A stretch of DNA of 64,000 bases, taken from NCBI RefSeq assembly GCF_018350175.1, contig NC_058368.1, positions 60,328,001 through 60,392,000 of the forward strand. The letters are read 5' to 3'. The notes below the pieces were generated by a model that made no database searches, was not told the origin of the DNA, and saw only the letters and a list, made by a program, of their open reading frames with translations. Positions 39,299 to 51,977 of this stretch are shown piece after piece. How positions within the stretch are numbered: the first letter of the stretch is position 1; every line of letters starts with the position of its first letter. The position numbers and the translations under genes were made by a program. The DNA comes from Felis catus (Eukaryota).

Positions 39299-41131
39299 GA
39301 AATATCCAGCAGGCAGCTAGAAATGCAGGACTGAAGCTCAGTGAGAAATTAGAGGAGTCTTAAGCAATTAACAAAAGGGTTAAATGTATGAACTGAATTC
39401 AGGGCACAGAAATAGAAATGCAGATGATACAAGGAATAAAGTACAACAAGGCAAAGAATAAAAACCTGTCAGAGAAGCATGAAGAAGAGAATTTTGGCAT
39501 AAAATACCATAAGCTCCCAAGAACACAGTTTCAAAATGGGGAAATACAGATCAACGTAAAATGCTGCAAAGTCAAGGAAAATGGTGAGGGCACTCACCAT
39601 GCCTATGTTCAACAGATATTACTAAATATGTTGAATAAATGAGATATCTTGATGACTTTTGAGAATAGCTGCAATGAAGGAGGACAGACAGAAATCCAAT
39701 TTCAGGTTTTAGACAAGATTATGTAGTAAAATACAAGTCCTCAAGGTCAAGGATGTTAGAATATGCTTTGCATTCTAACTGTAGTATCCACTTTGATGTC
39801 TGGAAGTTATGGAGGTTAATGAATGAATAATTGTAGATCATGATGATAAGTGGAGAAAATAGAATAGATTTTTTTTAATTTTAGAGAAAACCATCACTTA
39901 CTAAATAAATGTACCAATACTATGGCAGATGTTTTAAATACATTCATTAATTTAATTCTCATGAGTTCTAAATCCGTTCTATAGATAAGGAAAAATGTGT
40001 TTACACACTAAAGGTAACAGTTTAAGGTTCAAAGATATCATGATCATATTAAAATCAGATTTTAGCTTCCCAAGTTTTAAAGGCTTTCTTCACATTGTGT
40101 GTGTCACATTTTTTCAGGTGCATAGTAAGATCCAAATGAAGAGATGAATAGAGTCTGGGGAAGGTTTTTGAGCAGGTAGTTGTGATAAATCAAGGGCAAG
40201 GAAAAAGTATAGCTGCCTAAAAGAAGAAAGAGGCATTTTCATTAGTAAGGACATATAGGGAGACAAGCATAGAATGGAAGAAAGAAGGAAGACAGAGATC
40301 TGTGTGAAACTGTCATAATGTATAACCCAGAAATGCTCTCATAAGTATGGAGTTCCATGGAGAAATTTGTTTTTTTAAACCCACATGTAATACATCCATA
40401 TACATGAAAGTTTAGGAAGAATGCAATAAATGTAGGCTCTTAGAAAAAGAAAAAACAGTCATAGACAGAACAGTTAAGGGAACGTATGAAAAATTTTTGA
40501 AGGAAGGAAGCATAGCACACTCCATATGTCCTTCGTTACGTGATTTTCGTGACATGTGAATTTAAGTTAAGCATGGAACTGAAATACAGACAATGATCAA
40601 ATAAGCCTTTTAATTGAAGTACACATTAATCTATGTCTTGTAGACACTTAAATAAAAAAGAAAATGGCACACTTCCTCAAAGCCTGCTGGCTTGCTCTAC
40701 AATGCTGACATATCGGCATGGACTAGGATGTTAGATGAAAGTATATATTTACATTATTCAGTATAAATAGTGATAATGACCTCGTTTCAGTATAATTTAA
40801 TTTTTCTTCAGTGCAAATATAGAGATGTTAAAACATTGTATCTATTTTAAATATATTGATAAATAAAACATGCAACTATGGATTTCTCTATCATTGCTAT
40901 TCCAGCAATTGTTTCAAATATTTGTAACTATTTTATAAAACTAAACATAAGCTAAATAAAATCATGAAATACATTTTCATATCATAATTAGAAAAATATG
41001 ATACTGATATATTGATACATTGATAAATAAAATATAAATCCTAGAATTATTATTATTAATGCACATTTACTTTGCCTGAATAAAATGACATCCTGGATCC
41101 TTCTTTTGTCAGTTTAAAACTGGGTAGCATT

Positions 41132-41511
41132 CGTGGCAATGAGAAAGAATGAAATACGGCCCTTTGTAGCAACGTGGATGGAACTGGAGAGTGTTATGCT
41201 AAGTGAAATAAGTCATACAGAGAAAGACAGATACCATATGTTTTCACTCTTATGTGGATCCTGAGAAACTTAACAGAAGACCATGGGGAGGGGAAGGAAA
41301 AAAAAAAGGTTAGAGAGGGAGGGAGCCAAACCATAAGAGACTCTTAAAAACTGAGAATAAACTGAGGGTTGATGGTGGGTGGGTGATGGGTATTGAGGAG
41401 GGCACCTATTCGGATGAGCACTGGGTGTTGTATAGAAATAAATCTGACAATAAATTTCATCTTAAAAAATAAAAATAAAAAAAGAAAATAAACATTAAAA
41501 ATTGAAAAAAA
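41132..41511 (+). mobile_element. Young 5'-truncated feline-type L1 (ORF2 C-terminus, 3'UTR and A-tail) with perfect 17-bp TSD
   Basis: 41136-41264 reads AMRKNEIRPFVATWMELESVMLSEISHTEKDRYHMFSLLCGS* (L1 ORF2p end); TSD taaaactgggtagcatt at 41115-41131 and 41512-41528. Confidence 0.95.
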
Positions 41512-43660
41512 TAAAACTGGGTAGCATTTTTCATTTATTCAATGAAGATTATATTGTAAAATGCAAAAGTAGCAAGTTAATTGCCTTTCAGACTCTGTCT
41601 CTGCAGTGGAAGGTGAGTAGAGAAAGAATCAAGAAAGGACAATGCATTTTTTTCAAAATCTTGGATTCAGTAGTTAAATATTGTGAATGCCTATTATATG
41701 GAGATTTATTTTCTTTATGGTTGCTGTCAATTCCAATCCTTCCACAAAATATTACATAAAAGATCTGCAAAATACTGTAATGCACTTGCATAAACTGTAA
41801 ATTGATTTCCATTTCATGCCTTCTAAATAATTAGGAGATATATATATGTATACCCTAATAACAACATGCATGTATATATTTTATGTATAATACATGTGTC
41901 AACATAGAACATATTATATATGATTATATACAACTACAAAGAGTTATAGAACATCATATTTATTAAAATGTTATATTTAAGTATTAAATTATATGGTTTA
42001 ATTAGCAGGTGTAAAGACCTAAAAGCAAGAGAGACCATTTCCAGATCAGACAATGCAAGCCATGCTATGGGACCAGGGTACCCTGGCCTTGAGTTTGGCA
42101 GATGGCAGGTTTGGCAAACGTAGAGATGAACCTGGACAGACAAGCAGGGGAGCAAACTGATCTCTCACATGGGGGATAAAAAACTCTGAGTGATCCAGGT
42201 ATCTTCCCAGAGCCACACAGATCACAGGTGGTTGAAACTACAAGTTGATACTTCCTGAAGCCCAGACCAAGGATGTATCTTATATACTCTGAAAAAACAT
42301 GTTTTCCCAATTAAGTGTTCCAGTAACTGTTAAAAATAAAATATTATGTATTATATGAAAATCCTAAGAATTGTTGTATGAAATACAATAAAAGGCATAT
42401 GCTTATCTTACAAAAGGCATATGCTAATAGTTGTTCAGAGTACATGACCTGAGTATTAGCAGGAGAATGATTTTCGTTTTTTTTAAGAAATCTTCAATTA
42501 AACCATACTTTTTAAACACTGTAGTATCATTACCCATGTATCTATAGACTGTGTAGTTTTTTAAATACTAAATACCTCAGATATTGATAAACTGTCTCCA
42601 GCTTTCTTCCAAGATTTCTCATGTTCTGAGCCTTGCAGTGGTGGTTGAGTACATCGATACCTTGGGGCATTCAGTTAAAACACTTCAGTAATTAACCAGA
42701 GCAAGCTGTCAATGAAGTCAGCTCTGATTAACTAAAGGGATCCTAGAAAGGTAAAACCTGGATTTAGATAAAAATGTTAATATAAAGTAAGCAAATATGA
42801 TGAAAATTACCTGTTTACTTTGTCTTTATAAACTTTTGCCAGCCATTTGACAACTCTGTCTAATCCACCTTATACACATACCCTGTGCCATCAAATCACC
42901 TGAACATCTCTCATGTGAACAGGGAGAACCCAGGTTGTAAGATTCTCATTTTCCAGTCTTCTTATTTTTTTTAACTTTATGGGTCCCCAGAGAGCAAATA
43001 TATAACATCTTATCAATCTGAAATTTCCTATAATATTATTGTGATATAAGCAATTACAAGGAGCTTTAAGTGAATATTTATAATTTAACAGGGTTTTTTT
43101 TTTTTTGAAGCAACACCTTAAAATAAATTACTGAAATTTTTGGTCTTAATCCAGGATGTGGGGGGAAATATCTGGAGGCATGGACTTTTTGACCCTTCAA
43201 ATTCTGGTGTTCACCTTTACAGCAATGGCCCTTGATTTTTTTCTTTTTATTTTGTCTTCAGTAACACTGGCACGGAGTCTTCACCTGGTGACACACCAGA
43301 GGTGTAACAACCAGATGCCACGGGGCGTTTGCAGTTTGCACACCTGCCTCCTTGATAAAGGAGAAAAACGAATTCCATGGGGCAGTTTCATACAATGGGG
43401 ATGTTGAGGATAGCCGACTTTCTAAATGGTTATCCAGCTAAGAAAGTGCATCCCTTTAGTAGGAAATCTAAAAGGAGAAATTCCATCAGCCTTAAGTGAC
43501 AGTTTTTAACCATGAGATGACATAATATTTAGCACAAGTGATTACCTGTTATAAACACATTTAAGAGGGGCAGAATGACAGAAACAAAACCTGTGCCTGG
43601 AACTATAGCTAGCAGCTTTCCCTAGAGCACACGTCGAAACCGTCGAAACCGCAAAATCCT

Positions 43661-43860
43661 GATGCGCCTGGATTAGTGGCTCAGCCGGCTAAGCGTCCCA
43701 CTTTGGCTCAGGTCAGGATTTCAAGGTTGGTGAGTTCAAACCCGGTGTTGGGCTCTGAGCTGACAGCTCTGAGCCTGCTTCAGATTCTGTGTCTCCCTCT
43801 CTCTGCCCCTCCTCCCCCCCCATCTCAGACATAAATAAATAAACATTAAAAAAACAAACA
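43661..43860 (+). mobile_element. CanSINE (diverged, with indels)
   Basis: gcgcctggattagtggctcagccggctaagcgtcccactttggctcaggtcagg...gcctgcttcagattctgtgtctccc. Confidence 0.9.
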
Positions 43861-44499
43861 AATACCTCAAAATGCTTGTCTTTCTGGACTCTAAGGAAAA
43901 CCCACTGGAAAACACACTGTAAGAGGTCCAATGGCTTCTGGCTTCTGCTAGTGTGGATATTCCCAAAGCCACATCTCTGAATTACAGTGGTTAAATTCCC
44001 TCTAAGTCCAGATGAATTCACCCAATTAAATATTATTTGGCTAAATATTTGTATCTCTGTGCTTTTTCTGTGAAAAAAAAAAGTAATAACTATTCTGATA
44101 TCTGCTATGGGTCCAGGAAATCAACAACTTGCCTAATTTTACAGAGTTAGTATATAGTAAGGAAGACAAAAATCTTCTGACTCAAACTGCTACTTGATTG
44201 CTAATATATCCTATTGCTTTTATTAGGTGTTCTGAAATTTCAATTTCTGTTCTCTCTTATCAGGACATCTGGATTCTAATAGAAACTATGCCATCTACAA
44301 GCTTTATGAGTTTTAACATATCTTTGGATCTCAGTATCATTATCTACAAAATATGTTGATTAAACTATACATCTGAAAAATATTTAAATCTACAGTCCAA
44401 TTTTTCCCTGCTTTTTTCATTGTTTCGGTGAGTTTTCAAAATATCCACATTAGCCTCTCGATGTAGCTACTGTTCTAACAAAAAAATACAAGGAAACAG

Positions 44500-45300
44500 G
44501 GAGCATTTTAAATGACACTACAGAAGGCAATCTGTACAATCCAGATTAGGAGAATGATCCAAATTCTTCATCAGATATTTTGCCAGAATAAAACCAAGAG
44601 GGAGAGGGAGAGAGAGAGAGAGAGAGAAGAAAAGAGAGAGAAAGATTGGGGGAGGGAAGAAGGCAGCAAGCATGAACATGCTGTAGTAGGAACATAAAAT
44701 TAAAAGAGGCTTAAAACCATATTAACTGGAGCACCTGCATGGCTCAGTCGGTTAAGTGTCTGACTTCAGCTCAGGTCATGAACTCATGGTTAGTAAGTTT
44801 GAGCCCCACGTCCTGTGCTCAGAGCCTGGAGCCTGCTTCAGATTCTGTGCCTCCCTCTCTCTGCCCGTCCCCTGTTCGCACTCTGTCTCTCTCTCAAACA
44901 TAAATAAACATTTAAAAAAATTTTAAGTATAGTAACAAATTGTTATATATGAATATTATTTGGATCTTAATTTGAAAAACAATAAAATTTGTGAAAAATC
45001 AAGGAAACTTGATTGGTTACTTGAGAGCATTAAGGAATTATGGTTAATTTTAAAGTGTGAAATGATTTTATTGTTATACTTAAAAAAATGAATGTCTTAG
45101 AGGTGCACTCTGAAATATTGTGGCTAAAATGAAATGTTGTGTGATATTAACCACAACATAAATCTGGGGATTGAATGGGTAGGGGTATACAGGAAAAATT
45201 TATTATAAAAGTTATGAGAATTATGAAAGACCATGGGCTACAGATATACATTCAAATTTTTAATAATGTTAAAATGTACTACATTATTAAAAGTAAATAT
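44500..45300 (+). mobile_element. L1MC-like 3'UTR containing a CanSINE
   Basis: aaattaaaagaggcttaaaa...ttatttggatctta...attaaggaattatggttaatttt...ttagaggtgcactctgaaatatt. Confidence 0.6.
44728..44925 (+). mobile_element. CanSINE (SINEC_Fc-type)
   Basis: ggagcacctgcatggctcagtcggttaagtgtctgacttcagctcaggtcatg. Confidence 0.93.
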
Positions 45301-45304
45301 TGTT

Positions 45305-45535
45305 GGGGCAACTGGGTATCTCAGTCTGTTGAGCTTCGGACTCTTGATTTAAGTTCAGGTCACAATCTCAAGGTTTGTGTTTATGGAATTGAGCCCTGCA
45401 TAGGGCTCTGAGCTGTCACTCTGCACTGACAGGTGGAGCCTGCTTGGGATTCTCTCTTCCTCTCTTTCTGCCCCTCGCCTACCACCATGCATGCTTGCAC
45501 ATGCTCTCTCTCTCAAAATAAATAAACTTTAAAAA
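45305..45535 (+). mobile_element. Older CanSINE with TSD
   Basis: ggggcaactgggtatctcagtc; TSD taaaagtaaatattgttg / taaaagtaaacaccgttg. Confidence 0.92.
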
Positions 45536-46133
45536 TAAAAGTAAACACCGTTGATAAAGATTGTATATGGAATTGTTACCTTAAAGATAATTTCAATCTA
45601 GTTTAATAAGTGATGAATCTGATTTATCTATGCTAAACCAAAAGTTTAAAAGACAAGGTCTTTTGGCACAAATACAGCATTTATGTAAGTAGTGCTTCAG
45701 ATTTCATTGACCCTAGATTGAACATGACTTTTTACATATCTTGTTTATTTTTCTCATTATTAACCTGTTTATCTCAATTTGCACTTCCTCTGAAAAGGCC
45801 AAGGAATCCTTACTGCCTTTAAGATACAACCAGAGAATCTTTACCACCACCACCTCAAGATAAACACAGACTAGACCTTAACGCAAACAAGAAAGGCTAC
45901 ATCCTTTCTCTAATACTCATTCAATGGATCCCTAGAGGTCTACATATTTGCTAGTACAGAAATGCAGACAGGGGTTTCATTTTTAGTACCTAAATTATGG
46001 TATAGTTTCCAGAGATATTTCTCAAGGGAAACTAAAATCTTTCTACTTACAAATAATATTAAAGCTTCACTTTTGTAAAAAAGTTCATTGAAATTTTTTC
46101 TAATTTAACCTATTGACAGCCTTATTTATGTCA

Positions 46134-46376
46134 TTTTTTTTTTAAGTTTATTTTTGAGAGAGAAAGAGAGAGAGAGAGAGAGAGTGCAAGCAGTATAGGG
46201 ACAGAGAGAGGAGAGGAGAGAATCCCAAGTAGGCTCCAAACTGCCAGCACAGAGCCCTGCGCTGGCAGTTTGGAGCCTACTTGGGATTGAACCCATGAAC
46301 CCATGAACTGTGAGATCATGACCTGAGTGGAAACCAAGAGATAGACATTTAACCAAATGAGCCACCCGGGTATCCC
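46134..46376 (-). mobile_element. CanSINE with an internal inverted duplication
   Basis: Reverse gggatacccgggtggctca...actcaggtcatgatctcacag; extra 28-bp inverted copy at 46261-46288. Confidence 0.93.
46221..46288. repeat. Perfect 28-bp inverted repeat with 12-nt spacer
   Basis: aatcccaagtaggctccaaactgccagc (46221-46248) is the exact reverse complement of gctggcagtttggagcctacttgggatt (46261-46288). Confidence 0.97.
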
Positions 46377-47390
46377 TGCATATATCTTGATACGATTTCT
46401 CAGATATAACAAATTTTTAAAACTGCAAGTCAACATATAACATTCATAAACAAAGATATGCCATCAATACCAATAATCTCTTCTGGTGATTACACATTTT
46501 CTTTTGTGGCAATAATATCCTTCCAAATTTTGGAGAAAAGTTTCTTTACTCAATTTTTAAAATTATACATTAGCTACAAAACCTCCAAAATATAAATTCT
46601 AATCAATCTATATTTTTAGACATTTTGCCATGTCATTCTATAATTTTTATATTAATATTGTTGCTTTTAATGATAAGACAAGGTCATTCATGTTGGAAAA
46701 TGTATTATAGACCCACATTTATTAATTCCTGAAAGATAAACCAGGCTGATGATTTCACAACGGTTCCATAGACTGTACCTGCATGTCTTAAGGAATAATT
46801 ATGAAGGAACATGTTTATAATTTATATGAAACTTATAATAAAAGCAAAATTATTCACTTTTTGTCTAGTAATATATATGTGCTTTTATGTAGGTGAAAAT
46901 ATCAGGAATTATCAGAGATATTACTGTTTGCTTACAAATACAATATTAATCATAAAAATGTTTATATTATTGACATACATATAAGCTAAGACTTAAAACA
47001 GACAGAAATTGGGAAGACAGATGCTTATAAATTTGTGCAATTTTACACAGTTTTTAGTTGAAGGAAATATTAAATTAGGCCTGTTAAATTATGGAAAATA
47101 GGTTAAGTAATATCAAACATTTGGAATTGTATATAAAATTATTGTTTATTAATTAAATGAAGTCCCAAATCTTGTGTTGATATATTCCAATATGATTTTT
47201 AGGCCCAAAATTTATTCTAAAATAAGCCTTACATGATGGAATACACTAAGAATAACTTCTAAACATCTATCCATTTAAGATTGTTTGTACAATATCCAGG
47301 TTCACTGCCATGGCTATTTGGACATAATTGTCCAACATTTATGCACGACCTAATTTGCCAAAACATTAATTCTCAATATGGCTTCTTCTC

Positions 47391-47652
47391 AGGGCCCCTG
47401 GGTGGCTCAGTCGGTTAAGCGTCCAACTTCGGCTCAGGTCATGATCTCGCAGTTGGTGAGTTCAAGCCCTGCATCGGGCTCTGTGCTGACAGCTCAGAAC
47501 CTGGAGCCTGTTTCAGATTCTGTGTCTCCCTCTCTCTCTCTGACCCTTCCCCATTCATGCTCTGTCTCTCTCTGTCCCAAAAATAAATAAATGTTGAAAA
47601 AAAATAAAAATAAAATAAAATAAAATAAATAAACGTTAAAAAAATTTTTTTA
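47391..47652 (+). mobile_element. Feline CanSINE with perfect 16-bp TSD and doubled tail
   Basis: TSD aatatggcttcttctc at 47375-47390 and 47653-47668. Confidence 0.96.
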
Positions 47653-48315
47653 AATATGGCTTCTTCTCCACCATGTTTGTTCCTAAGCCAATAATTGGTG
47701 TGTGCTCACTTGATGTCGTGTAATTAAAAAAGAGGTGGCACAATATTAGGTTTGAACAATGGAGAGAGCTTTTGGGCTAGAATATGGAAGAGGTGGGTTT
47801 GAAGCCTGACCATTATTGAACAAGTCATTCAACCTCCTGACTCTCCATTTTTCTTTTTTATGATATATTGATAAAAATATTTAACATTCATAGATTTCCC
47901 TTATTTATTGAATTTTTATCCAGGTAATATTTACTGATCCTTTATTATAAGCTGCTGACATATGATACTTGATGGTAGAGACACAATTTTTATTGCATCT
48001 TAAAGTTCAAATAATTTAGGTTAGAATAAGTCCCTAAGACAAACCAGTCATCATGTCCTGGTGTGGTAAGTACAATCACAAAAGTATGCACAGTTTCTCG
48101 AAAGCAAAGGAAAGGCAGACAGAAATTCTGTGGGATAGTCAGAGAAAGACTCTCCAAGGGAGTTGATCCTTTTAAGTTTTGAAGGACATTGAACAGAAGA
48201 ATAGCTAGATCAAGATGTAGCAAGAAAGTACAGACAAAGCAGAAAGCCTGTGAAAAACATAAAAGCCTTCCTGTAGAGCCTGAGTATTAATTCCTAGCTT
48301 AGATTCAACTTAGTT

Positions 48316-48513
48316 ATAATTTTTATCAATTATAAGATATATTTTTTCACATTTTTACATCATGGAAATGAGGGTTCATTTTGCAGTCAATAATGTCTTA
48401 TAATCACTATCAGTCAGATGACTATTAAAAAGTTGTGTAAAAACTTCCATTGATGTCTTCTGTTAAGATCAAGCAAGAGTCAACATCAATTCCCCTTAGA
48501 TTTGGTGAAATAC
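48316..48513. mobile_element. MER104/Tc2-like DNA transposon MITE
   Basis: Degenerate inverted ends ttttatcaattataaga ... cttagatttggtgaaatac; internal ttttttcacatttttacatc...gaaat. Confidence 0.55.
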
Positions 48514-49031
48514 ACATAGAGAGAGATGATGGAGACGGAGATGGAGAGGGAAAGTGTGGGAGGGAGAGGGAGACAGAGACAGGAGACACTGAGGATGAGA
48601 GAGAAGAGGTATCTGTTGTCTCACTATGAATTTCTATTGATTTCGTACTAGATTTATTTCATTCCTTTGTATTTGCACTGACTTACTTTTCAGCTACCAT
48701 GCACAAATAGCTTCTAACACTTGGGTATGATGTTCACCTTAAATTACTTACAGAGAAGAATTTGGTGTACCCTCAACAAACTATAAATCACAAATTCAAT
48801 GTGCAAAATAAATCACAAATTAATTTAAAATGCAAGTGAAAACTCTGTCCCTTCTAGAATACTGATTATGCATCAAATCCTAGGTGGTTCCAAACCTGTC
48901 AAAAGCTAGAACTCTGCTTTCCTAAAATACCCAACCCCAGAATTTATTCTACACTAAATTTATAGCAGAATAAAGCAGAATAAAGAGTATTCTGGTTCTT
49001 CCATTTGTTCATAAATTACTAGAAGACTTTT

Positions 49032-49241
49032 GGGGTGCCTGGGTGGCTCAGTTGGTTGTGTCCAACCTCGGCTCAGGTCATGATCTCACAGTTTGTGAGT
49101 TCAAGCCCCATATCAGGCTCTGCGTTGACAGCTCAGAGCCTGAAGCCTGCTTCAGATTCTGTGTCTTCCCCTCTCTCTGCCTCTCTCCTGCTCACACTCT
49201 GTCTCTCTCAAAAATAAATAAATGTTAAAAAAATTTTTTAA
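49032..49241 (+). mobile_element. CanSINE (SINEC_Fc-type) with 21-bp TSD
   Basis: TSD ataaattactagaa(g/t)actttt at 49011-49031 and 49242-49262. Confidence 0.96.
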
Positions 49242-49690
49242 ATAAATTACTAGAATACTTTTTAATGATTAGAAGTCTAATGAACATTGCTGTTAACTCA
49301 CAATTAAGTTAACTAAGAGTTAATTATATTTTTTTACTAAAAGTACACAGTTTACTACATTTTAATATTTCTTTTTTTGTATGTTATCTCCAGTAAACTG
49401 TGAATTCCGTAAAAGTGAGATCTTATACTTCTTGATGCTATTTGTTTTGAAAATTGACAAAGAACCTTACACATGTTAAGGGATTAGTAAATGATAGTTA
49501 AATACTTAAGTATATTAGAAAATTTAATATTTGAAAATATAAGCACACACACAAATAAAACTCATAAACACATATTAATAGTATACATCTAATCAAATCC
49601 CTTAATATGGAAGATAGATATCAAAAGATATTTGACTCAGAAAAAAACAGTATTAAATACAAGATATTAAATTTAAAACTTTCACAATTT

Positions 49691-49895
49691 GGAGGCACCT
49701 GGGTGGCTCAGTAGGTTGGACCTCTGACTTGGGCTCAGGTCATGGTCTCATGCTCAAGTTCGAGACCCACATCAGGCTCTCTACTAGGCTTGCTACTGTC
49801 AGAGCACAGCCCGCTTCAAATCCTCTGTCCCCCTCTCTCTCTGCTCCTCTCCCGCTCACGCTCTCTGTCTCAAAAATAAATAAACATTTAAAAAA
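49691..49895 (+). mobile_element. CanSINE with TSD
   Basis: TSD taaa(a/g)ctttcacaatt at 49674-49689 and 49896-49911. Confidence 0.93.
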
Positions 49896-50277
49896 TAAAG
49901 CTTTCACAATTGCACTTAATTACAAAATAGGAAGGGAATAAGACAAAATACAAAAAAATAGCACATGGATCGTTGATTATGTAGCTTTGACATTATTCTC
50001 ATGAACAACTATAAATAAAACCTGCTTATATTATTAGCATAACACATATCTTGGAAGGGAAAGAAGGACCCTGATCACTTAAGATTTATATTGAGGAAAT
50101 TAAATAATTATGCATGTAATAATGAAGTACCTATATTTGGAGGGTGGGGATCTACATGTGTCATTGCATGCTAAGAGAAGTTCCTGTATAATTTATGTTG
50201 AAAAGCAAATATAAGAAATGAGGTCAGATGACGGGTGAACTGTGGGGGGTTGAAGATAAGCCTGAGTTTCATAGTAA

Positions 50278-50489
50278 TTTTCTTTAACATTTATTTATTT
50301 TTGAGAGACAGAGAGAGACAGAATGTGAGCAAGGGGAGGGGCAGAGAGAGGGAGACACAGAATCCGAAGCAGGCTCCAGGCTCTGGAGTGTCAGCACAGA
50401 GCCTGACATGGGGCTCAAACCCACAAACTGTGAGATCATGACCTGAGCCGAAGCTAGACGCTTAACTGACTGAGCCACGCAGACGTCCC
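50278..50489 (-). mobile_element. CanSINE (SINEC_Fc-type)
   Basis: Reverse gggacgtctgcgtggctcagtcagttaagcgtc; degenerate TSD gagtttcatagtaa / gagtatcatattaa. Confidence 0.95.
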
Positions 50490-50867
50490 AAGAGTATCAT
50501 ATTAAAATCAGATGATGCAAAAAGTAAAATCTCCACACATGTCCCATTCTAAGTTAGGCAGTTTGCATCCAGCTCTTTAGGAGTATCAGGTTAGAAAGAT
50601 TAAATATTTATCATCTTTAATTCAACTAATTTTTGAGCATTTATATAATTTGACTAGTGAATTTACCCAAATGTACTCTTTTTAATAATCATTTTGCTCT
50701 TAAATTTCATTATCTTTTACTAATATGAGTGCAGTAGATAGTTTTAAAATAATAATATATCCACCTACTGGTTATGCTTCCCCTTAAAGTGCAAATTTCT
50801 TCATAAAGTCTATACCTGTTGGCAGACATGCAGCTCTCATTTTGTATCTCACAATCAGAAGAGTTTT

Positions 50868-50902
50868 AAAACAAAACAAAACAAACAAACAAACAAACAA
50901 AC
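50868..50902 (+). repeat. (CAAAA)/(CAAA)n simple repeat
   Basis: aaaacaaaacaaaacaaacaaacaaacaaacaaac. Confidence 0.85.
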
Positions 50903-51929
50903 CCAAATCCATTTCAGAGTGTTTTATTTTGTGAGATCATTCATCAGACTCTCCTAACACTACACACTGCAAATTCAGGAACTTCAGAGAACAGAGCACT
51001 TTAGAATCACCTTCGCAGACAAGAAAGGACTTCTAGAAATAACTGCTCTAATAGCTGCCTGAAGGATTCTGCAGTCTTTAAAGCTAGCACAGAACGGCTT
51101 CAGTGGTCAGCTTCGACCTGCCTCGTCAACCAACCAGGATTTACATAGCTATATATTTCCGAGAGGTTTCTTCTGGTCCAAGCCCCCTGCATGATTAAAG
51201 GGGTCCTTGGGTCCCAGAAGTTACATCTACTGTGACCCCAGGCTCCTCTCACGTGTGCTCAAGCTCTGAGCCCTGGGTATTCTGCATTCTGCGAGAATAT
51301 GGCTGGGGGTGTAGGGAATAGAATTACAAACAACAAAATAAAAACAAACACACAAATCCTTCCACTCAGGTTTTAGAAAATAGCAACAGATAGATAAAAC
51401 AGGCATAGGGACTGTGTCTAAACATCCCTTCTGAAAACTTCCCTAACATATGACATTGGTTTACATAAATAGAGCAGCATAATATTTATAAACATCTAAA
51501 TTCCCAACACTCAGTAAAATCTTGAGTCATCAGATTTTCTCCCAGCAAAAAGTACCTATTAACTGACATTTGGATATATTCATATAATAATCATTATTTG
51601 AAATGATAGGCAGATGTAGAAAGCAAATCACAATCTTAATGTGAAAGTCAAAAAGTAGCCTAACTACTGGGAGATATAAATATTAGCATAATAAAGTTAC
51701 TACCTACCACGGAGAAAATTACCAATTCTTGTGAACACATGAAGAGTATATTTGCATATTTATGGCAAGTGCCTGTTAAAATTGGCAGCAACTTTTTTAA
51801 ATTTACTATTTTCAGGATGACATTCAAGGTGAGTGCATTTTATTATGCTCTGATATTTGAAAATTGAACGCACCATATATAGTATATACATTTATCATTT
51901 TCACTCACTGTCTGCTAGTGTGTGTGCAC

Positions 51930-51932
<3 letters not shown>

Positions 51933-51974
<42 letters not shown>
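51933..51974 (+). repeat. (TG)21 microsatellite
   Basis: Direct count. Confidence 0.97.
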
Positions 51975-51977
<3 letters not shown>

